A stretch of 64,000 nucleotides of DNA from contig OZ024765.1 in the NCBI GenBank assembly GCA_964016885.1, positions 13,640,001 through 13,704,000 on the forward strand. Direction: 5' to 3'. Position numbers and translations under genes: made by a program. The notes beneath the pieces were generated by a model. The model searched no databases, had not been told where the DNA came from, and worked only from the letters and a program-made list of their open reading frames with translations. Shown piece after piece: positions 53,024 through 64,000 of the stretch; the stretch's first letter is position 1, and each line of letters opens with the position of its first letter. The stretch comes from Eledone cirrhosa. Taxonomy: Eukaryota.

Positions 53024-56000
53024 CAAACCTGCCATAACTGGCTACTCATACTGATGTTAAAGTATTGTTCTCAAAATAAATAATAACATCATCAAAATCT
53101 TGTTGATTCAATATTATGTGAGATATTATGTGAGATAAAGCATTTACCATGAAAATATAATAGTAAATATAGAGTAATATAAATGCTAAAGGGTTAATAT
53201 TTAATGTGATAGTCATAGTGTTGTTTTGTACTAACTGTTTATAGTATCTTTACTGGTGGATAGATTTTTGTGAAAATTTGCAGTATTATAGTAGACTTTT
53301 AGTACCTTCCTTCTCAACCCATCCTCACATCTGACAGAAGAAAGGAGCTGATCATCAGATCAGACCAAGGAAATAATGTTTCTATTGGTCTTTCTATTAC
53401 TGATACTATCTGTCAGTCACAACTCCTGGCAGAAGAAAGGAGCTGATCATCAGATCAGACCAAGGAAACAATGTTTCCATTGGTCTTTCTATTACTGATA
53501 CTATCTGTCAGTCACAACTCCTGGCAGAAGAAAGGAGCTGATCATCAGATCAGACCAAGGAAACAATGTTTCTATTGGTCTTTCCATTACTGATACTATC
53601 TGTCAGACACAACTCCTGGCAGAAGAAAGGAGCTGATCATCAGATCAGACCAAGGAAACAATGTTTCTATTGGTCTTTCTATTACTGATATTATCTGTCA
53701 GTCACAACTCCTAGCAGAAGAAAGGAGCTGATCATCAGATCAGACCAAGGAAACAATGTTTCTATTGGTCTTTCTATTACTGATACTATCTGTCAGTCAC
53801 AACTCCTGGCAGAAGAAAGGAGCTGATCATCAGATCAGACCAAGGAAACAATATCACCATTATTCTTTCCATTACTAATACTGTCTATCAGTCACAACTC
53901 CTGGCAGAAGAAAGGAGCTGATCATCTCTTCCCCTCTGAAAGAAATTGGTTGTGTTTAGACCAAGGGAAGGGATGAGCTCCACCAGATTTAAAGTTCCCC
54001 AGATACACTGTATGGCATTACTAAAACACTCCTATAACTGCACCAGAAGTTACAGGTCCATATATACAAATAAAGTACCAGTCATATACTGAGGGTCAAT
54101 TGTTTTTTTATATCTCCTTCTCATTTCCTCTCTGGAAGAAACTGGCTGTATTTAAACCTAAGGAAAAGATGGGCTCCACCAGGTTTAAAAATACCCTAGA
54201 CAAACTGTGTCACAATGGAACCTCTACAACTTCATCAGGCTTTGCAGGTCCATACATACTAATATAATTGTTTCTACTTTTGGCACAAGGCCAGCAATTA
54301 TCCCAGTGTATTACTGGTACTTTATTTTATCGACCCCCGTAAGGATGAAAGGCAAAGTTAACCTCGGCAGAATTTGAACTCAGACCGTAAAGGGACGTAA
54401 CTGTGTTGTAAAGCATGGTGTCTGATGCTCTACCAAAACTGCCAAATATAAGACCAGTCAATTTTTTCTCTATATCTCCTTCTCACTTCCGTTCTCCTTC
54501 TCTGAAAGATATTGGATATGTTCAGAGCTGGGGAAGGAATGGGCTTCACCAGGTTTAAAATGCCCCAGATACCACATATGTCACAATGGCACCTCCTCAG
54601 CCCCACAGGAGGCAACAGATCAATACACACAAATATAACTGAGTCAAATGTAATTTCATTATGTCAATTAATTGCAGAAGAAAAATAAAAAAAATATATA
54701 GATTTGATTCAAAAAATAAAAAAGAATTAAAGAAAATAAAAAAATAATTTGAAAAAAATATAAAATTAAATTTGATGAAAATGAAAGAATATTATCACAA
54801 ATACAAGTGGCCGAAATGGGGTTCCTCTGAAGGGGTTTTGGAGTAATGTTCCTCGATATAGTGTGTAGCTCGGAGAAGAAGAAGAAGAAGAAGAAGAAGA
54901 AGAAGAAGAAGAAGAAGAAGAAGAAGAAATAGAAAAAAGAAGAAGAAGAAGAAGAAGAAGAAGAAGAAGAAGAAGAAGAAGAAGAAGAAGAAGAAACAGA
55001 AGAAGAAGAAGAAGAAACAGAAGAAGAAGAAGAAGAAGAAGAAGGCAAAGAAGAAGGCAAAGAAGAAGGCAAAGAAGAAGGCAAAGAAGTAGAAAAAAGA
55101 AGAAAAAAATAAAATTTGAATGAAATAAAATAATTTGAAGAAAATTGTTTGCTGTGATTTTCGTTGATGTAATTTGTAACAGATGTCTTTGTTCAGCCTG
55201 TTGTGTTGTAATTAATGGCTACAGGTGTGTTTTGACAGGATTGCCTGAAAATGGGGGATTTCTATCAAACATAATGTGTAAAATATAGAGAGTCATGCAT
55301 ATGTTTAACCCTTTAGCGTTTAAACTGGCTGTATCTGGTCAGAATTCTCTCACCTCTTTCTGTTTAAACCGACTGTAACCAGCCAGAATTCTCTCACCTC
55401 TTTCTATTCAAACCAGCCAGAATCCTCTCACCTCTTTCTGTTCAAACTGGCTGTATCCAGTCAGAATTCGTTCACCTCTTTCTATTCAAACCTGCCATAA
55501 CTGGCTACTCATACTGATGTTAAAGTATTGTTCTCAAAATAAATAATATCATCAAAATCTTGTTGATTCAATATTATGTGAGATATTATGTGAGATAAAG
55601 CATTTACCATGAAAATATAATAGTAAATATAGAGTAATATAAATGCTAAAGGGTTAATATTTAATGTGATAGTCATAGTGTTGTTTTGTACTAACTGTTT
55701 ATAGTATCTTTACTGGTGGATAGATTGTTGTGAAAATTTGCAGTATTATAGTAGACTTTTAGTACCTTCCTTCTCAACCCATCCTCACATCTGACAGAAG
55801 AAAGGAGCTGATCATCAGATCAGGCCAAGGAAACAATGTTTCTATTGGTCTTTCTATTACTGATACTATCTGTCAGTCACAACTCCTGGCAGAAGAAATG
55901 AGCTGATCATCAGATCAGACCAAGGAAACAATGTTTCCATTGGTCTTTCTATTACTGATACTATCTGTCAGTCATAACTCCTGGCAGAAGAAAGGAGCTG

Positions 56001-58760
56001 ATCATCAGATCAGACCAAGGAAACAATGTTTCTATTGGTCTTTCCATTACTGATACTATCTGTCAGACACAACTCCTGGCAGAAGAAAGGAGCTGATCAT
56101 CAGATCAGACCAAGGAAACAATGTTTCCATTGCTCTTTCTATTACTGATATTACCTGTCAGTCACAACTCCTGGCAGAAGAAAGGAGCTGATCATCAGAT
56201 CAGACCAAGGAAACAATGTTTCTATTAGTCTTTCTATTACTGGTATTATCTGTCAGTCACAACTCCTGGCAGAAGAAAGGAGCTGATCATCAGATCAGAC
56301 CAAGGAAACAATGTTTCTATTGGTCTTTCTATTACTGATACTATCTGTCAGTCACAACTCCTTGCAGAAGAAAGGAGCTGATCATCAGATCAGACCAAGG
56401 AAACAATATCACCATTATTCTTTCCATTACTAATACTGTCTATCAGTCACAACTCCTGGCAGAAGAAAGGAGCTGATCATCTCTTCCCCGCTGAAAGAAA
56501 TTGGTTGTGTTTAGACCAAGGGAAGGGATGAGCTCCACCAGATTTAAAGTACCCCAGATACACTGTATGGCATTACTAAAACACTCCTATAACTGCACCA
56601 GAAGTTACAGGTCCATATATACAAATAAAGTACCAGTCATATACTGAGGCTCAATTGTTTCTTTATATCTCCTTCTCATTTCCCCTCTGGAAGAAACTGG
56701 CTGTGTTTAAACCTAAGGAAAAGATGGGCTCCACCAGGTTTAAAAATACCCGAGACAAACTGTGTCACAATGGAACCTCTACAACTTCATCAGGCTTTGC
56801 AGGTCCATACATACTAATATAATTGTTTCTACTTTTGGCACAAGGCCAGCAATTATCCCAGTGTATTACTGGTACTTTATTTTATCGACCCCCGTAAGGA
56901 TGAAAGGCAAAGTTAACCTCGGCAGAATTTGAACTCAGACCGTAAAGGGACGTAACTGTGCTGTAAAGCATGGTGTCTGATGCTCTACCAAAACTGCCAA
57001 ATATAAGACCAGTCAATTTTTTCTCTATATCTCCTTCTCACTTCCGTTCTCCTTCTCTGAAAGATATTGGATATGTTCAGAGCTGGGGAAGGAATGGGCT
57101 TCACCAGGTTTAAAATGCCCCAGATACCACATATGTCACAATGGCACCTCCTCAGCCCCACAGGAGGCAACAGATCAATACACACAAATATAACTGAGTC
57201 AAATGTAATTTCATTATGTCAATTAATTGCAGAAGAAAAATAAAAAAAATATATAGATTTGATTCAAAAAATAAAAAAGAATTAAAGAAAATAAAAAAAT
57301 AATTTGAAGAAAATATAAAATTAAATTTGATGAAAATGAAAGAATATTATCACAAATACAAGTGGCCGAAATGGGGTTCCTCTGAAGGGGTTTTGGAGTA
57401 ATGTTCCTCGATATAGTGTGTAGCTCGGAGAAGAAGAAGAAGAAGAAGAAGAAGAAGAAGAAGAAGAAATAGAAAAAAGAAGAAGAAGAAGAAGAAGAAG
57501 AAACAGAAGAAGAAGAAGAAGAAACAGAAGAAGAAGAAGAAGAAGAAGAAGAAGAAGAAGAAGAAGAAGAAGGCAAAGAAGAAGGCAAAGAAGTAGAAAA
57601 AAGAAGAAAAAAATAAAATTTGAATGAAATAAAATAATTTGAAGAAAATTGTTTGCTGTGATTTTCGTTGATGTAATTTGTAACAGATGTCTTTGTTCAG
57701 CCTGTTGTGTTGTAATTAATGGCTACAGGTGTGTTTTGACAGGATTGCCTGAAAATGGGGGATTTCTATCAAACATAATGTGTAAAATATAGAGAGTCAT
57801 GCATATGTTTAACCCTTTAGCGTTTAAACTGGCTGTATCTGGTCAGAATTCTCTCACCTCTTTCTGTTTAAACCGACTGTAACCAGCCAGAATTCTCTCA
57901 CCTCTTTCTATTCAAACCAGCCAGAATCCTCTCACCTCTTTCTGTTCAAACTGGCTGTATCCAGTCAGAATTCGTTCACCTCTTTCTATTCAAACCTGCC
58001 ATAACTGGCTACTCATACTGATGTTAAAGTATTGTTCTCAAAATAAATAATATCATCAAAATCTTGTTGATTCAATATTATGTGAGATATTATGTGAGAT
58101 AAAGCATTTACCATGAAAATATAATAGTAAATATAGAGTAATATAAATGCTAAAGGGTTAATATTTAATGTGATAGTCATAGTGTTGTTTTGTACTAACT
58201 GTTTATAGTATCTTTACTGGTGGATAGATTGTTGTGAAAATTTGCAGTATTATAGTAGACTTTTAGTACCTTCCTTCTCAACCCATCCTCACATCTGACA
58301 GAAGAAAGGAGCTGATCATCAGATCAGGCCAAGGAAACAATGTTTCTATTGGTCTTTCTATTACTGATACTATCTGTCAGTCACAACTCCTGGCAGAAGA
58401 AATGAGCTGATCATCAGATCAGACCAAGGAAACAATGTTTCCATTGGTCTTTCTATTACTGATACTATCTGTAATTAATGGCTACAGGTGTGTTTTGACA
58501 GGATTGCCTGAAAATGGGGGATTTCTATCAAACATAATGTGTAAAATATAGAGAGTCATGCATATGTTTAACCCTTTAGCGTTTAAACTGGCTGTATCTG
58601 GTCAGAATTCTCTCACCTCTTTCTGTTTAAACCGACTGTAACCAGCCAGAATTCTCTCACCTCTTTCTATTCAAACCAGCCAGAATCCTCTCACCTCTTT
58701 CTGTTCAAACTGGCTGTATCCAGTCAGAATTCTTTCACCTCTTTCTGTTCAAACCGGCCA
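53024..58760. repeat. Tandem segmental duplication, unit about 2.5 kb, each unit containing a 95-bp array, SINE B, (GAA)n and a MITE
   Basis: Marker CAAACCTGCCATAACTGGCTACTC at 53024, 55487 and 57991. Identical ORFs at 54430 and 56985. Confidence 0.93.
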
Positions 58761-60235
58761 TAACTGGCCACTCATACTGATGTCAAGGTATTGTTTTCAA
58801 AATAAATAACATCAAACTCTCATAGATTTGATATTATGTGAGATTTTACTTTACCAGTAAAATACAATATATATAGAGTAATCATCATCACCATCACCGT
58901 TTTACGTCCGTTCTTCCACGCTAGCATGGGTTGGACGGGCTGTCCTGTTGTGGGCAGTGTCCGGTCGGCTGACCTTGTCTTGCTCATATGAGAACTGAGT
59001 AATGTAAATACTAAAGGGTGAAGTCATGACAATGTTGCCCTTTCATTACAGTAGACTTCCCACAGCTTGTTCCTACCTTAAGCTAACTCTTCAGGCTTTC
59101 TCTCCTACACTCTCTTCCCCTCCCACCTCCTCTTTCTGTACTTTTCCTTCTCTCTCCTGTTTTCTCATCATCAGTGTGTGTATGTGTCTGTTTGTCAGTA
59201 TGTGTATGTCAGTGTGTCCATGTGTGTATGTGTATGTCAGTATGTTTATGAGTATCAGTGTGTCTATGTGTGCCTGCTTCTATGTATATGTCTATGTGTG
59301 TGTGTGTCTATATGTGTCAATGTGTGTGTATCAGTATGTGTCTTTGTGTGCATGTGTGTCAGTATGTGTGCCTGCCTCAATGTATATACCTCTATGTGTC
59401 TATGTGCCTGCCTCTCTATGTATCTATATGTGTACACACCTCTATGTACACACCTCTCTATGAATCTGTGTGTCTATATATGTATCTTTATGTGTACACC
59501 TCTCTCTCTCTCTATATATATATACCGACCTCATAAATTCCGACCTCACACACTTACACCTCTCCAAGACAATGTCACTGGACTGAGACCTTTGGCGGTA
59601 CTCAGTAATAGAGAAGACCCACCTTACCTAAATACAAAGTAAAACCTACTACAGTCAGTAGGCATCTCTAACAAAATACACCCCCGTCCCACCACCCCCA
59701 CCCCATCCACACCGCCCCTTTCAATGTAAAGTTATGTTGGTGCCACAACATCCAGGCCGAAACAAATGAGATCGTGTAGGTGTCACAACAAAAAACACAC
59801 AGTCCACGCTGTAATGTGGCCGTGTAGGTAACACGGTAAAAACCTCCCAGCCCCACACTGTAAATGTGGTTGGTGTTAGGAAGGGCATCCAACTGTAGAA
59901 AACCCGCCAGACACTCCTATGCGAGCAAGACAACCACTCTTGCCTCAAGTAGGAAAACTCCCGTCCAAATCCATGCAAGCGTGGAACATGGACGTTAAAC
60001 GATGATGATGATGATGATGATGATACCATCATCATCATCATGATCGTTGAATGTCCATCTTCCACGCTAGCATTGGTTAAACGGGAATTGTCCCACATGA
60101 GGCAAGATTGGTCAGGTGACCGCATCTCGCTCGTATAGGACTATCTGACAGGTTTTCTACAGTTGGATGCCCATCCTAACACCAACCACGTTTACAGTGT
60201 GGACTGGGAGGTTTTTACTGTGTTACCTACACGGC

Positions 60236-63200
60236 CACATTACAGCGTGGACTGTCTGTTTTTTGTCGTGACACCTACACGACCTCATTACAGTGTGGAC
60301 TGTGTGTTTTTTGTTGTGACACCTACATGACCTCATTACAGCGTGGACTGTGTTTTTTGTCGTGACACCTACATGACCTCATTACAGCGTGGACTGTGTG
60401 TTTTTTGTCGTGACACCTACATGACCTCATTACAGCGTGGACTGTGTTTTTTGTCGTGACACCTACACGACCTCATTACAGTGTGGACTGTGTTTTTTGT
60501 CGTGACACCTACACGACCTCATTACAGTGTGGACTGTGTTTTTTGTCGTGACACCTACACGACCTCATTACAGTGTGGACTGTGTTTTTTGTCGTGACAC
60601 CTACACGACCTCATTACAGTGTGGACTGTGTTTTTTGTCGTGACACCTACATGACCTCATTACAGTGTGGACTGTGTTTTTTGTCGTGACACCTACACAA
60701 CCTCATTACAGCGTGGACTGTGTGTTTTTTGTCGTGACACCTACACGACCTCATTACAGCGTGGACTGTGTGTTTTTTGTCGTGACACCTACACGACCTC
60801 ATTACAGCGTGGACTGTGTGTATTTTGTTGTGACACCTACACGACCTCATTACAGCGTGGACTGTGTGTATTTTGTCGTGACACCTACACGGCCACATTA
60901 CAGCGTGGACTGTGTGTTTTTTGTCGTGACACCTACACGACCTCATTACAGTGTGGTCTGTGTGTTTTTTGTCGTGACACCTACACGACCTCATTACAGC
61001 GTGGACTGTGTGTTTTTTGTCGTGACACCTACACGGCCACATTACAGCGTGGACTGTGTGTTTTTTGTCGTGACACCTACACAACCTCATTACAGCGTGG
61101 ACTGTGTGTTTTTTGTCGTGACACCTACACGACCTCATTACAGCGTGGACTGTGTGTATTTTGTTGTGACACCTACACGACCTCATTACAGCGTGGACTG
61201 TGTGTATTTTGTCGTGACACCTACACGGCCACATTACAGCGTGGACTGTGTGTTTTTTGTCGTGACACCTACACGACCTCATTACAGTGTGGACTGTGTG
61301 TTTTTTGTCGTGACACCTACACGACCTCATTACAGCGTGGACTGTGTGTTTTTTGTCGTGACACCTACACGGCCACATTACAGCGTGGACTGTGTGTTTT
61401 TTGTCGTGACACCTACACGACCCCATTACAGCGTGGACTGTGTGTTTTTTGTCGTGACACCTACACGGCCACATTACAGCGTGGACTGTGTGTTTTTTGT
61501 CGTGACACCTACACGGCCACATTACAGCGTGGACTGTGTGTTTTTTGTTGTGACACCTACACGGCCACATTACAGCCTGGACTGTGTGTATTTTGTCGTG
61601 ACACCTACACGGCCTCATTACAGCGTGGACTGTGTGTTTTTTGTTGTGATACCGACACGGCCACATTACAGCGTGGACTGTGTGTTTTTTGTCGTGACAC
61701 CTACACGGCCTCATTACAGCGTGGACTGTGTGTTTTTTGTTGTGACACCGACACGGCCACATTACAGCGTGGACTGTGTGTTTTTTGTCGTGACACCTAC
61801 ACGGCCTCATTACAGCGTGGACTGTGTGTTTTTTGTCGTGACACCTACACGGCCTCATTACAGTGTGGACTGTGTGTTTTTTGTCGTGACACCTACATGA
61901 CCTCATTACAGCGTGGACTGTGTGTTTTTTGTTGTGACACCTACACGACCGCATTACAGCGTGGACTGTGTTTTTTGTCGTGACACCTACATGACCTCAT
62001 TATGGCGTGGACTGTGTTTTTTGTCGTGACACCTACATGACCTCATTACAGCGTGGACTGTGTTTTTTGTCGTGACACCTACACGACCTCATTACAGTGT
62101 GGACTGTGTTTTTTGTCGTGACACCTACACGACCTCATTACAGTGTGGACTGTGTGTTTTGTCGTGACACCTACACGACCTCATTACAGTGTGGACTGTG
62201 TTTTTTGTCGTGACACCTACACGACCTCATTACAGTGTGGACTGTGTTTTTTGTCGTGACACCTACATGACCTCATTACAGTGTGGACTGTGTTTTTTGT
62301 CGTGACACATACACAACCTCATTACAGCGTGGACTGTGTGTTTTTTGTCGTGACACCTACACGACCTCATTACAGCGTGGACTGTGTGTTTTTTGTCGTG
62401 ACACCTACACGACCTCATTACAGCGTGGACTGTGTGTATTTTGTTGTGACACCTACACGACCTCATTACAGCGTGGACTGTGTGTATTTTGTCGTGACAC
62501 CTACACGGCCACATTACAGCGTGGACTGTGTGTTTTTTGTCGTGACACCTACACGACCTCATTACAGTGTGGTCTGTGTGTTTTTTGTCGTGACACCTAC
62601 ACGACCTCATTACAGCGTGGACTGTGTGTTTTTTGTCGTGACACCTACACGGCCACATTACAGCGTGGACTGTGTGTTTTTTGTCGTGACACCTACACAA
62701 CCTCATTACAGCGTGGACTGTGTGTTTTTTGTCGTGACACCTACACGACCTCATTACAGCGTGGACTGTGTGTATTTTGTTGTGACACCTACACGACCTC
62801 ATTACAGCGTGGACTGTGTGTATTTTGTCGTGACACCTACACGGCCACATTACAGCGTGGACTGTGTGTTTTTTGTCGTGACACCTACACGACCTCATTA
62901 CAGTGTGGACTGTGTGTTTTTTGTCGTGACACCTACACGACCTCATTACAGCGTGGACTGTGTGTTTTTTGTCGTGACACCTACACGGCCACATTACAGC
63001 GTGGACTGTGTGTTTTTTGTCGTGACACCTACACGACCCCATTACAGCGTGGACTGTGTGTTTTTTGTCGTGACACCTACACGGCCACATTACAGCGTGG
63101 ACTGTGTGTTTTTTGTCGTGACACCTACACGGCCACATTACAGCGTGGACTGTGTGTTTTTTGTTGTGACACCTACACGGCCACATTACAGCCTGGACTG

Positions 63201-64000
63201 TGTGTATTTTGTCGTGACACCTACACGGCCTCATTACAGCGTGGACTGTGTGTTTTTTGTTGTGATACCGACACGGCCACATTACAGCGTGGACTGTGTG
63301 TTTTTTGTCGTGACACCTACACGGCCTCATTACAGCGTGGACTGTGTGTTTTTTGTTGTGACACCGACACGGCCACATTACAGCGTGGACTGTGTGTTTT
63401 TTGTCGTGACACCTACACGGCCTCATTACAGCGTGGACTGTGTGTTTTTTGTTGTGACACCGACACGGCCACATTACAGCGTGGACTGTGTGTTTTTTGT
63501 CGTGACACCTACACGGCCACATTACAGCGTGGACTGTGTGATTTTTGTCGTGACACCTACACGACCTCATTACAGTGTGGACTGTGTGTTTTTTGTCGTG
63601 ACACCTACACGACCTCATTACAGCGTGGACTGTGTGTTTTTTGTCGTGACACCTACACGGCCACATTACAGCGTGGACTGTGTGTTTTTTGTCGTGACAC
63701 CTACACGACCTCATTACAGCGTGGACTGTGTGTTTTTTGTCGTGACACCTACACGGCCACATTACAGCGTGGACTGTGTGTTTTTTGTCGTGACACCTAC
63801 ACGGCCACATTACAGCGTGGACTGTGTGTTTTTTGTTGTGACACCTACACGGCCACATTACAGCCTGGACTGTGTGTATTTTGTCGTGACACCTACACGG
63901 CCTCATTACAGCGTGGACTGTGTGTTTTTTGTTGTGACACCGACACGGCCACATTACAGCGTGGACTGTGTGTTTTTTGTCGTGACACCTACACGGCCTC
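60236..64000. repeat. 48/46-bp minisatellite, more than 75 copies, running off the window
   Basis: Unit CATTACAGCGTGGACTGTGTGTTTTTTGTCGTGACACCTACACGACCT, continuing directly from an RTE-UTR-like copy at 60040-60236. Confidence 0.97.

Noticed and set aside
60647-63954. Long 411-563 aa Cys/His-rich ORFs on both strands
   Set aside because: They are translations of a 48-bp minisatellite that is open in several frames, with no splice or domain context.
52845-64000. Signal-peptide / first coding exon
   Set aside because: No convincing ATG-hydrophobic exon with a phase-2 donor was found. It probably lies beyond the window or was missed.

Overview
This is AT-rich, repeat-dense eukaryotic genomic DNA, most likely from an octopus (inferred from the SINE, RTE and Penelope content and the abundant (TA)n tracts). 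One large minus-strand gene runs through most of the window. I reconstructed 20 GT-AG exons between 52844 and 124 whose phases join into one stop-free frame. The encoded architecture is EMI - EGF - follistatin-N/TB-like - VWD-C8-TIL - VWD-C8-TIL-TIL - VWD, i.e. an SCO-spondin/VWF/mucin-type secreted protein. The signal-peptide exon was not found and the C-terminus lies beyond position 1. The introns carry tRNA-derived SINEs, RTE and Tx1/L1 LINE fragments, a mariner relic, hAT and piggyBac-type MITEs, a truncated Penelope-like element, several tandem arrays grown from transposon pieces, and a 2.5-kb tandem duplication. The most unusual signal is a set of about 14 fold-back inverted repeats in or near (TA)n tracts. 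Several carry Penelope-type minimal hammerhead ribozyme motifs, and four invert within hammerhead helix II. Short duplications of splice sites also recur next to four exons. All coordinates were read by hand: exon ends should be exact, while repeat ends are approximate.
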